DNA from: Candidatus Moanibacter sp.
Lineage (GTDB): Bacteria > Verrucomicrobiota > Verrucomicrobiia > Opitutales > UBA2987
DNA length: 64,000 nt
Direction: 5' to 3'
Assembly (NCBI GenBank): GCA_965215885.1
Contig: CBDCEW010000092.1
Coordinates: forward strand, 1-64,000
Shown: piece after piece, positions 21,831 through 32,847 of the stretch
Layout: each line of letters starts with the position of its first letter
Numbering within the stretch: position 1 is the first letter of the stretch
The notes under the pieces: generated by a model
Seen by the model: only the letters and a program-made list of their open reading frames with translations
Database searches by the model: none
What the model was told of the DNA's origin: nothing
Made by a program: the position numbers and the translations under genes

Positions 21831-24737
21831 CAGACCTCACTATATTGCCCCTCTAAAGGCACTATGCAATCGCAAGTTTAAATCCCGATTTTTTGCCCAG
21901 TCGGAAGATGATTCTTCGGCCTGAACCGTCGGGCATCAGTAAGGGCTTCTCATTGAGAGTTTGCAGATACTCAAGCACCACCGCCTGCACCCGAGGGGGA
22001 TAAGTTGCGGTGGGGAATAAATGCGCTTCGACCGCACAGCCCCTCTCTATAAGAACGCCGTCACTGTGAGTCAAATTGCGAAACAGATCGTGGTCGTCAC
22101 GATAGTTGTTGTAGCGAGCTTTAAAGGGTTCGAGCTGCTTGTAGAAGCTGTTACGGGCGAAGATTTTCAAGGCATCCATGAGGGACTTGTTAGCGGTGTC
22201 CAGGCGGACATAGTTTTCATCAATGAGGCGCTGCAGCCTCGAGCATTCGGTGTCGATTTGCTCCAGTTCGAGTTGGAGGGCTTTGAGGGCCTGATCGAGT
22301 CGACGGATCTTTTCGCCCCTTGAGGCGCTTTTGCCCGGGTGGGCATGCTCGGCCAGGAGCAGTCTTTTCAATTCTTCGGTGCATTGCTGTTTTTGCTTCA
22401 GGAGGGCTTTGGCGGCACCGCTTTTCTCCTGCTTGTCCTCAAGGTGTTGGGCTAATCGCTTGTAGTGGACGGTGCGATAAGAGGTGATCTGATTAATCCC
22501 AAAGTGCTTATCGAGGTATTTGAAGTCATTCTCCTGAATCCAGCGACTGAACATCCCTTTGATTACCTCTTCATTTCGGGCCTGCTGATCGGTCGCCAGG
22601 ATGCTCACGGTAATGGTTCGATTTTTTGGATTGGTCGCCTCCACGATCCACTGCACCAGTTGAGGATTTTTCTTCCAGGGGCCCCGCTGATAGCGAAGAT
22701 GATACTCCTGGAGATCTTCGGCATGGTTGCGCGCGCGCTGCAGGCGCAACTGCCCGTCGATCCGTTGGAGGGGCTGGGCGCTGGCCTTGTAACCTTTTTC
22801 CCAGGTAATGATTTCGAGTTGAGGATGCTCCACGATGGCTTCGTAAAACCACTCCGCGGCGATCGCCCGGTCCACGTAAATGCTCACCTTCTTATCAGCC
22901 GGCAACTGCACCAGCTCGAGCATCGCTTCGCAGTTGGGGATAAACCGTTCCCTTATATCCTCATAGTTGTCGGTACTCGCAAAATAGATCGGATAGCCCT
23001 TGAGGGTATGAATAAAATCGCTGTGGAGCGCTTTGTCGGCCAGACGGATACCCGGACACCATCCCGCCAGCACCTTGCTCATTCCGGTGTAATGTTTGGT
23101 GTGCGGATCATAATAAAAGCTCTCTTCATCCGAAGCATTCAGGCCCCTCGCGTTCACTCTGAGGATCTCTCTTAAAAGCCCTTCATCGGCCAGGGCGCTA
23201 AGGCTTTGGCGTTGCAGATAGGGGGTATACAGGACTCGCCCGATGAGTTTTTGCAGGTCTTCGAGATCGAGCAGTTTGCTCTGCTCGATATTGACCGCGG
23301 CCAACAACCCGCAAGCCACCCATTGTTTCAAAAGCCAGCCCTCTTCGCGATCAATCTGAGCGACTTCTCTGAGCGCGGCACTGAACAGAAGTACTCCCAG
23401 GTGCCGATACCATTGCACCGCTTCGGAGCTCTCCCTCGAAAAATCGGGAGACTCCTTGCGATTGTCCCCTTCGCTTTCGGGGCTATTTTCTGCTTCTTGC
23501 TCCTGCTCTGCTCGATATTGACCGCGGCCAACAACCCGCAAGCCACCCATTGTTTCAAAAGCCAGCCCTCTTCGCGATCAATCTGAGCGACTTCTCTGAG
23601 CGCGGCACTGAACAGAAGTACTCCCAGGATTGCCGATACCATTGCACCGCGCCTCGAAAAATCGGGAGACTCCTTGCGATTGTCCCCTTCGCTTTCGGGG
23701 CTATTTTCTGCTTCTTGCTCCTGTTCGCCTCCCCGAGTCCTCCGGGCAATCCCAGGGAGTCTCCCGATTTTGCGCCCTCTCGGCTTCGGCCTCCTTTCGG
23801 GCCTCTTTAAGCTCCTTAAAGACAGGGCGCAAAGTTTCCCCACTGAGGTTAACTCCGAACACCTCCTCGATCTCCCCCCGTATCTTCTTGCTGTAGCCAT
23901 ACCGACTCTCCCCATAGATCTGCCCGAAGCGCACCCGCCCAAAACTCCGGATTTCCCTCGTCAATTTGCGATGAGCGCTGCGTCCCGCCAGCACTCGCGC
24001 TAAGGTCTCGGCATCTCCGCTTTGAAGCGCCTCCCCCCACCGCTTCATCGTTTTGGGGTCAACCTCAAATTGCTTCTCTAAGCGCCCTTTCTTCAACCCC
24101 GCATTGTAGAGGCGCCCCACCAATAGCTTGAATTCAACTTGCTCCCGATCGTCCTCTACGACTTCAAAAAGCTCATGCCCGTAATAGACGTGCAGTTTGC
24201 CTTCGCTCAGATCCCGATAGCACTCGCGCTAAGGTCTCGGCATCTCCGCTTTGAGCGCCTCCCCCCACCGCTTCATCGTTTTGGGGTCAACCTCAAATTG
24301 CTTCTCTAAGCGCCCTTTCTTCAACCCCGCATTGTAGAGGCGCCCCACCAATAGCTTGAATTCAACTTGCTCCCGATCGTCCTCTACGACTTCAAAAAGC
24401 TCATGCCCGTAATAGACGTGCAGTTTGCCTTCGCTCAGATCCCGATAGACCGTGATCGAGGGATGACCCTTGTCCACTCCAAGGATGCACTGTAAGAAGG
24501 TCTCTTCTTTGACGGTAGGTTTCTCCATTTTTCTTCGAATTTGATGGTTCGAAGATGAAGCCTACCGTTTTCTTTAGCTCTTAAAGATCCTCGGGGCAAG
24601 CCCCGAGGCATTTGATATTAGACTTTATGAATTAGAAACGAAGCAAGCTTCGGGGAATTAAACCCGAAGCGATTAAAAGCCGGGAATTGTATCTGCGATT
24701 GCCCCCTGCCCGCCAACCCGCATGATAGCGAGTTCTG
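21831..24737 (-). mobile_element. Unclassified IS with a large DDE-like transposase, copy 1 (internal duplications)
   Basis: IRs CAGACCTCACTATATTGC / GCATGATAGCGAGTTCTG; 5-bp target duplication AGGTT (21826-21830 and 24738-24742); transposase pieces span 21862-24528. Confidence 0.9.
24582..24676. mobile_element. ~95-bp IS200/IS605-like non-autonomous element nested in the IS leader (also 41094-41188)
   Basis: Two subterminal hairpins, CCTCGGGGCAAGCCCCGAGG and CTTCGGGGAATTAAACCCGAAG, around a short AT-rich spacer. Confidence 0.55.
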
Positions 24738-25029
24738 AGGTTATTGCCACCGTGCACCCCCCCACCGGTCCTTTCTCGCCCCAGTCCCGGCACGCCGGGA
24801 CTGGGGCGAGAAAGGACCGGTGGAGGGGTTGGTAGAGGCACACGGTTTATAGCAGGGAACGCGCGCCACCCCGGCACAAGACCGGGGCAGCCAGCAATTA
24901 TTGGCCCGTTAATCAGTTGCCTGCAGTACGGCAGAGTTTAATCCGGCCCGCCCTGAGCTCTTGTCGAACGGGCTAGAAATAACGCGTGGGAGACTGAGTA
25001 AACCTGATGACCTCGCTGTAGCCAGGAAA

Positions 25030-25842
25030 TCAATCTCCATCCGAGATTATATTGATAAGTTCAACCTCGAAGATGAGGGTCGCTCCCGGAGGAATCCTAC
25101 CACCGGGGCGCGGATTATCGCCATAACCCAGGTCTGAAGGAATATAGAGTTTGATTTTGCCCCCTTCGCCGACGAGCTGTAATCCTTCACTGAACCCCGC
25201 GATCACACCACCCAGGGAAAATGTGGCCGGTTTCCCGCGTTTGAAGGAGCTGTCAAAAACTGTTCCGTCGATCAGGGTGCCCCGATAGTGAACCGTTACT
25301 TTGTCTCTCTGTTTGGCGCGCCCTTCACTGCCTGTTTCGGTGACTTCGTAGTAAAGCCCACTTTCCGTTTTCCGAAACCCCTCTTTGCCTTCCAGCGTGG
25401 TCAGGAACTCTCGACCTTTCGCTTTATTCTCAGCTGCTTTGCCAGATGCGCTGGTTGGCTGCTTTCGCTGAAACTGTTGAAGCCTCTCCTCCATAATTTT
25501 CCTAGCCAGCGGCATCAGCGTTTCCGATTTCTCAGGACGTGGCTGACCTCGGGCCAAATTCTCAATTCCAATCACAATCTGTTCAATCTCCTCCTCCGTG
25601 AAGTCTGCATGCAAGCCCATTTGCTGGCCCATCGACTATCCCATCAGCTGAAGCGCGAGGTCCTTCTCTGAGTATTCCTTCTGCTCCTGGCTACCATCAG
25701 AACGAACGCCCTCGCTTGTCTTCCCGTTGGAATCGGCGGCAGTCTCAATACTCGGACTTGGGTTGCAGGAAATTAGTGCTCCGGCAGCACCAGCGAGGGC
25801 AAGCGCAACCGTAAGCGATTTGATCAGGGAACTTTTGTCCAT
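25030..25842 (-). CDS. FKBP-type peptidyl-prolyl isomerase lipoprotein with an in-frame TAG at 25636-25638
   Basis: KTESGLYY, VHYRGTLIDGTVFDSS, IPSDLGYG, IPPGATLIFEVEL; ORFs 25636-25878 and 25030-25632 are in the same frame. Confidence 0.88.
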
Positions 25843-25901
25843 AAACAGTGCGTAAACCGAATAACGCTTAGAGGTCAACGGTGAAGCCGGGCAACAGCAC
25901 C

Positions 25902-27662
25902 TTACTGTCTAAATTTCTGAAACAGCTTTCCCGCCTCCTTGGAGATTTTCTCCTTTAGGACGCTTTTGCCGACGGCGACGGCCGCCTTAACGAATGTCTC
26001 CGGACTCAGTTTCACTTGCGGGCTGTCTATGGGGCCTCTGATTTCCATGGGGAAGGTGAAATTGGAGATCTCACGCTTCCCAAGGCGCGGCAGGGTAAGG
26101 GTTGAATCGTGGACGGTGACAGTCACTGGCAGTTCGAGGATGGCCCCGGTCAGGGTCCCTTCGGCCTCCAGATCCAAAAGACCTCCGCGAAAGGGAAAAT
26201 TACCCGGGTCGGAGACTGCCTCGGCGATTCGGTCGCCCGGCAGCCCTCGGTAGCGAATAGTCAGGACGCTGGTTGTGGAACCAGCTGAAATCTCGCCGCC
26301 TGAGCATGAAAAGAGGATGTCTCCGGACTGGGATTTTATCTCGAGTGAGGGTGGCGTGTCGAGAAGGGTGAGGTGGGTGGATAGTTCCCTTCCGTTGATC
26401 TCGAAAGTCTGACCGGGGTGTTGCACGACAGTCACCTCTCGAGCCACACACTCATGGATCGTGAGGGTCGGACTCTTATGGATGAGGTGATCCGCCCTGA
26501 CGTTGGCGTAACCTTGCGCTGCTGCCTGCTCGGCAAGTCTCTCTGCCAGGGTGCGTGTTCCCGATTTGCCCGCGCCTTCATGCTCAGTGCTCTCCGCTTC
26601 CGGAGGGCTCAGTCGTTCCAGCCAGGTGCGCAATTGGGCCAGCCGATCACGCCAGACTTGACTCTCTTTCACCAACTCTTCGATCGACTGGAATTCCGCA
26701 GGAATATCAGTTGGGAGCCGGGCTTGTTCCGTGGGAGGAATGAGCCGCACACCTGCTACACGACGTTGGGCGCCGTGGGTCGCGTTGGCAATTTCGATTC
26801 GGTCGATGGCCACCTTCTTCCGAAGGAGACTCATTCCCGCGATGTCTGCCTCGATTCTGTCTGCCGCAAATACATTTGTATCGAGGGCATTGGGATCGGC
26901 CATGGCGAGTCCCGTAATCGTCAACCGATTCTTCGCAAGGTCCAGTTCAACTCTCTTCAAGTCCACCGTGGCGCCGTTGATGTGCTCCAAGCCGGATCTG
27001 AGGGTGTTTCGCAATATTAGTTCATCGAGAAAGAGAAATGAGACGCCAAGCAGCACGACGCAGAGTGCTACCAGGACGGCGCCAAGTGGTCGAATAGGAT
27101 TGCCAATCCTTTTTCCCAAAATTTCGGACCAGTCTTTCTTTCCTTTCACACCTCCCATAAAAACAAAAATCAGAACTCGAACGAACGGTTTGTAGATAAG
27201 AGTCTTGTATGTCTCCGAGTGCTCCTCAAGCGCCGCCATTCGGCGTCGAAACTTTGACATGAGAGTGATTGTGGAAAAGCCGCATCCCATCCCGAATAGC
27301 GCGCCAGTAAAAAGGCCTCCGGAAGCAGTGTAATTCTCGAAACCAAACCAGGCCGTGACGGGAGCGTTAATCAGAGCAGTGAAAATGCCCTCAGTAGGTC
27401 CATCGATAACGATTCGCCCGGCGTAGAAAGTGACGGGCATCAACAAGAGGGATAAGAGCCGCCCCATCAGCAAAACGATGCCGGCGAGAAAGAGGTTGGC
27501 GTTGACGATGACGAGGAGGAATGTCAAAAAGGCGATGAGTCCCGGTGCCTGCCCCGCGCCGGGCATGAAGCCTAAAACGCCGCCCAGCAGACAGGCCGAC
27601 ATGATCTGAAATGGGGTGGCGTCGCCACGAATGAACTTCCCGATCTTTCTGAGAATAAACAT
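25902..27662 (-). CDS. Membrane protein with a DUF2062/TIGR03546-like N-terminus and an AsmA/TIGR03545-like periplasmic part
   Basis: IRGDATPFQI..LGGVLGFMP and several TM helices, then GATVDLKRVELDL..LTITGLAMADP beta-rich region. Confidence 0.6.
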   Translation of the reverse strand: MFILRKIGKFIRGDATPFQIMSACLLGGVLGFMPGAGQAPGLIAFLTFLLVIVNANLFLAGIVLLMGRLLSLLLMPVTFYAGRIVIDGPTEGIFTALINAPVTAWFGFENYTASGGLFTGALFGMGCGFSTITLMSKFRRRMAALEEHSETYKTLIYKPFVRVLIFVFMGGVKGKKDWSEILGKRIGNPIRPLGAVLVALCVVLLGVSFLFLDELILRNTLRSGLEHINGATVDLKRVELDLAKNRLTITGLAMADPNALDTNVFAADRIEADIAGMSLLRKKVAIDRIEIANATHGAQRRVAGVRLIPPTEQARLPTDIPAEFQSIEELVKESQVWRDRLAQLRTWLERLSPPEAESTEHEGAGKSGTRTLAERLAEQAAAQGYANVRADHLIHKSPTLTIHECVAREVTVVQHPGQTFEINGRELSTHLTLLDTPPSLEIKSQSGDILFSCSGGEISAGSTTSVLTIRYRGLPGDRIAEAVSDPGNFPFRGGLLDLEAEGTLTGAILELPVTVTVHDSTLTLPRLGKREISNFTFPMEIRGPIDSPQVKLSPETFVKAAVAVGKSVLKEKISKEAGKLFQKFRQ

Positions 27663-28099
27663 CGTGCTATGGAGTATGCCAATTTGAGTGGCGGCAGGCA
27701 AGTGCAACCAGGTTGTTTGCTCGAATCCGTTGGGCTTCTTCCCTCCGAACGCCAAAGGCGTATTCTTGAAACCTGAACCTAATCGTAATCCTCGTCGTAA
27801 GCTTCTTCAAGAGAGCGACCGAATTCCGCTACAAAGCTCACGACAAAGCTCGCGACAAAGACATCCGGACGGGGAGAGAAGTTCCTTTTATCCTTCATCC
27901 TAAGCCTCCTCAAGAGAGCAACCTAAATTGGCGACTAAGTTGACGACGAGGCTTACGACAAAGGTTCGGTTGCGTCTCCGCGTCACCGCTTCTCCCTTTC
28001 TTTGCTTTGGTTGCGACTACGCTGCTCTAGGTTTTTCGGTGTTCCCCTGTGGTCCCTGCTCTGGCGTATCAGCCTTGACGCATTGAATGCGGAATTCGA

Positions 28100-29860
28100 T
28101 TGTCAGTGATGCCTTCGCCAGAGGAGTGGGAGCCCTTTCTTAACGGCGAACTCGATGCGATCATGGAGAAGCAACACGCTCCCGGGGCTTTTGTTCTCCT
28201 GATTTCTCGAGACGGGCGGCTTCAATATGAAAAATCGGTGGGTTTGGCATGTGTTGAACCGCCAGCTCCTCTTCTGTTCGATACGCCAATTCGAACTGGG
28301 TCTATATCAAAGATCGTTACTGCTATTGCTGTGCAGCAGCTTGTCGAAAGCGGCAGATTGGACCTCGATTGCCGGATAGAGACTTTGATTAATTGGGACT
28401 TGCCCTATGGATATGGTAAAGCCACGACGCGTGACCTGCTGACGCATCGAGCCGGGATCGGCGAACGTTTTGCCAGGCAGTCGACGCCCCGGTTTGGAGA
28501 GATTGCGCAGCTCAATGATTATCTGAAGCGGTGTCTTCCGCCGCCCGTGGCACCCGTGGGTGAAACCATTACTTATTCAAACTTTGGAATCTCTCTGGCC
28601 GGTCTTATCGTTGAAATCCTGTCAGGCCAAACCTTTGCCGATTACGCGCGCGAAAAGATCTTTCTTCCCGCGGGGATGGCCGGCGCAACATTTGTTCCTG
28701 ACTCGGAAACCGAGGCAGCAATGGCCAGGGGCTACAATTGGGTCTTCGGGCGTCACAGGCTTTTGGCCGTCCGACATTGGAGGCCCTATCCCGCTTGTTC
28801 CCTCGTCGCTTCAGCGAGGGAACTGGCGAATCTGATGCGGAGTCTGTTGCTCGAATCTTCACCAATTCTCTCCACACCTTCCCGATTATTTGACGAACAG
28901 TACACGGTCGTTTCCGGTGTTCCGGGAATGGGATTGGCATTCTGGCTCGACGAGGTGAGGGGTCAGCGTGTTGCCTGGCATACTGGGCATATGCCGGGCC
29001 ATCGGACGGGATTCTATTTGTTCCCCGATGCTGGAATTGGCGTCGTCCTCTACTACAATACCGACAGAAAGGTCCTTCGATCGTTTCTTGACAGGATGGC
29101 ATCCTTTGCATGCGGGGCCTCTTGTCCCGTTTCCCCGGTTGCGGCGCCGCTACGTTCGTTGCGCTCTTATGAGGGTAGATACCGGCATTCCTGGTACCCG
29201 CATCATCATTTTGGAAAGACCTCCGCTCTGCTTGGTCTGGAGGGAGCCGAGATGGAGGTTCGTGCGGATGGTGATCATTTGAAGGTTGATGGAGACAGGC
29301 TACAACAGGAAGAAGGCGATGTTTTTACCAGTCGAGTATCGCAGAAGCGGTTCGGATTCACCCGTAATAAGCGCGAACAGATCACGAGCTTCTATGCCGG
29401 CGGGCGCGACAGGTTTGAAAAAATCCCGTTATTGGAAACGAGGCTAGCCAGCAATTGTGGGCTGGCCACTTCCCTCTTTGCTTTTGCATTTTGTGGCGCG
29501 CTCCTTATCGGTGGAATACTCTCTCGGGAGAGCATTTTGCCGCCTCTCTTGGAGCTGGGGTTTGCTTTTGTTTGCGGAGTAAATCTCGGCTTTGCGGGGG
29601 CCATGGCGATTCTGACCGCACAGGGCGCCTATAAAATGACCGAGGACGTGCCACCCATCGTCGGTCTGACGCTCACTCTCCCGATAGTGGGCGCTTTCGT
29701 GTGGATTCTTGCCTGTGGAATCGCCCTTACAATGGGGTCCGGAGTATACGAAAGGCCGATCGCCGGTAATCTATTGATCGCTATTGTCGCTGTCTCGGAG
29801 CTAATCTTTTTGTCTTACCTGCACTATTGGAAACTCCTCGGTTGGCGCTATTTAACTTGA
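28100..29860 (+). CDS. Serine hydrolase (beta-lactamase/AmpC-like family) with C-terminal TM helices
   Basis: SxxK (GSISK), LLTHRAG, YSN and HTG motifs. Confidence 0.9.
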   Translation: MSVMPSPEEWEPFLNGELDAIMEKQHAPGAFVLLISRDGRLQYEKSVGLACVEPPAPLLFDTPIRTGSISKIVTAIAVQQLVESGRLDLDCRIETLINWDLPYGYGKATTRDLLTHRAGIGERFARQSTPRFGEIAQLNDYLKRCLPPPVAPVGETITYSNFGISLAGLIVEILSGQTFADYAREKIFLPAGMAGATFVPDSETEAAMARGYNWVFGRHRLLAVRHWRPYPACSLVASARELANLMRSLLLESSPILSTPSRLFDEQYTVVSGVPGMGLAFWLDEVRGQRVAWHTGHMPGHRTGFYLFPDAGIGVVLYYNTDRKVLRSFLDRMASFACGASCPVSPVAAPLRSLRSYEGRYRHSWYPHHHFGKTSALLGLEGAEMEVRADGDHLKVDGDRLQQEEGDVFTSRVSQKRFGFTRNKREQITSFYAGGRDRFEKIPLLETRLASNCGLATSLFAFAFCGALLIGGILSRESILPPLLELGFAFVCGVNLGFAGAMAILTAQGAYKMTEDVPPIVGLTLTLPIVGAFVWILACGIALTMGSGVYERPIAGNLLIAIVAVSELIFLSYLHYWKLLGWRYLT

Positions 29861-29896
29861 TCATTTCCCGTCCCGGCTACCCGGGACGGGAAATGA

Positions 29897-30382
29897 TCAA
29901 GTTAAATTGGTCGAGGCTGAGGATCTTACATAATGTTTTATACGGAAATCCTTCTCCTGGCGGAGGAATTTCTCGAAGTCAAACTCCTCCTCGAACTCCG
30001 GAAAGAAGGTATCACCTTCCACTTCCCTGTTTACTACGGTGAGGAAAATCTCGTCGCAGTGGGGTAGAGCCTGTCGGTAAACTTCTTCACCACCAAAAAT
30101 CCAGATCTCTTTGTCCGTTTCGAGGGATTCGATTTCGGCGAGATCGCGAATGACGCGCACCCCGGGTCGCTCTTTCATGGTGCGACTGAGAACGATGTTA
30201 TCCCGGTTCGGGAGAGGCTTCCCGATCGAGTCAAAAGTTTTCCGCCCCATAACTACGATCTGACCTTTGGTCTTCTCTTTAACCCACTTCCAATCCTCCG
30301 GAATATGCCAGGGAATAGCATTGTCTTTGCCGATGACACGGTTCAGCGACATCGCTGCGATCGCTTTCCAGGGTTTAGGCAT
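29897..30382 (-). CDS. folA: Dihydrofolate reductase
   Basis: AMSLNRVIG..IPWHIPED, VMGRKTFDSIGKPLPNRDNIVLSR, IFGG, EGDTFFP. Confidence 0.95.
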   Translation of the reverse strand: MPKPWKAIAAMSLNRVIGKDNAIPWHIPEDWKWVKEKTKGQIVVMGRKTFDSIGKPLPNRDNIVLSRTMKERPGVRVIRDLAEIESLETDKEIWIFGGEEVYRQALPHCDEIFLTVVNREVEGDTFFPEFEEEFDFEKFLRQEKDFRIKHYVRSSASTNLT

Positions 30383-30680
30383 AGCCCGCTTTTCTCGCCA
30401 ATTTCCGAGAACACTATTACGGCGATAGGGTCCTTTCAACATGTAGTTACACGCCAACCACAAAAAGCGGGCTATCCAACAAAAGGGCACAGAATATATT
30501 GAAGGTTCCATGCAGGTCATTTTGAAAAGTCGAGAAACTTGCTCGGATTCAATATCTTCTGTGCCCTTTTGCAACTCAACCCGGAAATCCTGTGAGATTT
30601 CCGGCTTAGGGATGGGAGAAATGCTCCCGCATTTCTCTACGCTGAGTAGGTGTTGAAAACGCATACACGGGTTGGATCCC

Positions 30681-30878
30681 TCAAACTGCGATTGGCGCAC
30701 GGATAATTGGATGGGGATCGTATCCAACGAGTTCAAAATCCTCATATGCAAAATCGTGGATGTCCCGGATTGTGGAGTTTATCCTCATTTGCGGGAGGGG
30801 GCGGCATTCGCGGGAGAGCTGAAGTCGGACCTGCTCCATATGGTTGGCATAGATGTGTAGATCGTGGTATTGTTTCAT
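30681..30878 (-). pseudogene. thyA: Thymidylate synthase with a large in-frame internal deletion (65 aa left)
   Basis: ThyA N-terminus MKQYHDL joined to the C-terminus [20 protein letters not shown]...[18 protein letters not shown]; lies upstream of folA. Confidence 0.88.
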
Positions 30879-31273
30879 CCCGGAGTTACGAATTCGAGTA
30901 CTTAGCCTGTCACATCTGTCAATTATTAAAGCTGGGAATCTGTCGGACTTAGCATTCCTAACATCTTCGTGGCGCAGATTTCATGTTGACCGATCGACCT
31001 TCCGACCCAGATGAGACCGACAGATTCCTTGGAAAAAAATGAACCTGAGATTTGAGACATCTTGTCATATCTATTCCTTCCTCGACTACGAATCTGATGA
31101 TGAGAGATTGTCGCTCTCGAGTTGATCATGTCAAAATGGCTCATAGCGAACCCGCTGTGCAACAGTTTGTCCTCTTTCCCACAAATCTCAGGTTCATTTT
31201 CGAGGAAAAGATAGAGGTTTTGAGCCGGTTTTAAGCTTGAACTGCGAGAGGTTTACTCCTAATTAGCAATGTA

Positions 31274-31714
31274 ATGTCGTATACCATAAAAAGCTCATCG
31301 CTTCTGTTTCTCTCGCTTCTACTTGGAGGCATGATTCACGCGTCCGCTTTGCGGAGTGTATCACCTTCTGTGGGGATGCAAAGTGTTAATAAGCGAGTTT
31401 TGCACGGGAAGAATGAGGGCCGTTCATTGGCTCACGGCTCTTTTCAAAAGAGATGGCTGGGAAGTGGACTAATGGCGACCAAGTATCGAAAAATGTGGAG
31501 ACCCCATCAATCTCACCGTCGCCTGTTTGAAGTTTTCACCAACCGATTCTTCGATCGGACAAAAGTTACAGCAACTTCGTCAAGAAGGTTTGAACGGAGA
31601 AAAAATCGGGAACCATCCCTTCAGGAGGTAAATGCCTATGTCTTTCGGAGGAGTCATTCACTGGAGCCCGGCATTCCAGTGGAGAGCGCCAATAGTAAAG
31701 CAATACTTCCATAA
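31274..31714 (+). CDS. Hypothetical secreted basic protein
   Basis: 146-aa ORF with a signal-peptide-like start, co-oriented with the next gene. Confidence 0.5.
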   Translation: MSYTIKSSSLLFLSLLLGGMIHASALRSVSPSVGMQSVNKRVLHGKNEGRSLAHGSFQKRWLGSGLMATKYRKMWRPHQSHRRLFEVFTNRFFDRTKVTATSSRRFERRKNREPSLQEVNAYVFRRSHSLEPGIPVESANSKAILP

Positions 31715-31761
31715 TGCCGTATAGTAAGATCACCTAAGCGCGTTAATTTGCTATCGTTCCA

Positions 31762-32564
31762 ATGCACGAGACGATCAGGGTAATCTCATTTAATATGCAG
31801 TTTGGCCAGGTATGGGATGCTGCTAAACCCGATGGCGCACCTCTGAACCTCGATATGACGATCGAGGAGTTGAGGAGGAGGGATGCCGACATCGTATTGC
31901 TCCAGGAAGTAGAACATGTGGAGCCTGAAAAGGGTCAGGTTAAGCCACCGCCAAATTACTCAAAGCTGCGAAAAGCTTTACCACAATATGATGGATTTTT
32001 CAGTTATCCGAAGTATAGCGAGCAGGAACTTCCTTTCGGCTTTGGTCTTGCGATCCTTTCCAAGACACCGATTTTCGATACGGAAGCAATCGATTTGCCT
32101 GCCCCTCAAGTTGAGTTCAAGTTGGATCTCCCTGAACCATTGATCGAATTCAAGCTGAACGGTAGTACGGTTTCACCCACGGGGCGATTGCTCATCGGAG
32201 CAAAGACGAGCATTGGTGGGAAAACCTGCAAATGTACAACACCCATCTCTAGGCATTTTTTATGATTAACAGGAGTTCTGACGATTTTCCCGGGCAACGT
32301 GAGATTGTCGCGGAACACCTTCGCAACTCAAAATTGCCTACAATTCTGGGAGGTGACTTCAATGTTGTGCCGGAAGAGGCAACTGTCGATTTCCTCGAGT
32401 CGGCCGGCTATCGAACGGCCCAGCGTGAGTTGTCTACCTGGAAGCGGCAACCTTACGCTCTGGATCACGTATTTTTTAATGAGGCGTTGACGATGAGCTC
32501 TTGCACCGTTCATGAAACAGTAGCCTCGGATCGCGATGTTCTGGAAGTCGAGCTGACCGTCTAA
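31762..32564 (+). CDS. Endonuclease/exonuclease/phosphatase family protein, frameshift near 32220-32260
   Basis: SFNM, DIVLLQEV, GLAILSK, ILGGDFN and LDHVF motifs across two ORFs. Confidence 0.85.
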
Positions 32565-32845
32565 CTCTTTTTACGCACTTTTTCCTTTTTCGCTTCCAGT
32601 TCCTCATTCAAGCGTTCGCGTTCATTCTTAAGTTGGGTACGTAATTTCTCCGCCTCATCGAAATTGTTTTTCTCAATTTCTTCCTGCAGCTTTCTCTCAA
32701 GGAAGATCTCCCTCTCGGCTAATTTGGCCTTATGGCGCTGTTCAAGTTCGGCAATCGATTCACGCTGTTCATCAGTAAGTGTATAGACAGTATCGGGCTC
32801 TTCAGCCTGAAGCCGTTCCATGGCGAGTTCGTATGCGCTTTTCAT
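32561..32845 (-). CDS. Hypothetical coiled-coil protein
   Basis: MKSAYELAMERL..., 94 aa, tightly coupled to the comEC stop. Confidence 0.75.
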   Translation of the reverse strand: MKSAYELAMERLQAEEPDTVYTLTDEQRESIAELEQRHKAKLAEREIFLERKLQEEIEKNNFDEAEKLRTQLKNERERLNEELEAKKEKVRKKS

Positions 32846-32847
32846 TT

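Noticed and set aside
25633..25641. In-frame TAG in the FKBP gene as stop-codon recoding
   Set aside because: Single instance; TAG ends many other genes here and no recoding machinery is visible. A base error or nonsense mutation is likelier.
28100..29860. Antibiotic-resistance beta-lactamase
   Set aside because: The motifs define only the broad serine hydrolase family; the membrane-anchored form gives no support for resistance.
30383..30751. DHFR with a 120-aa N-terminal fusion
   Set aside because: The extension overlaps the thyA remnant in another frame and shows no recognisable motif; DHFR starts at 30382.
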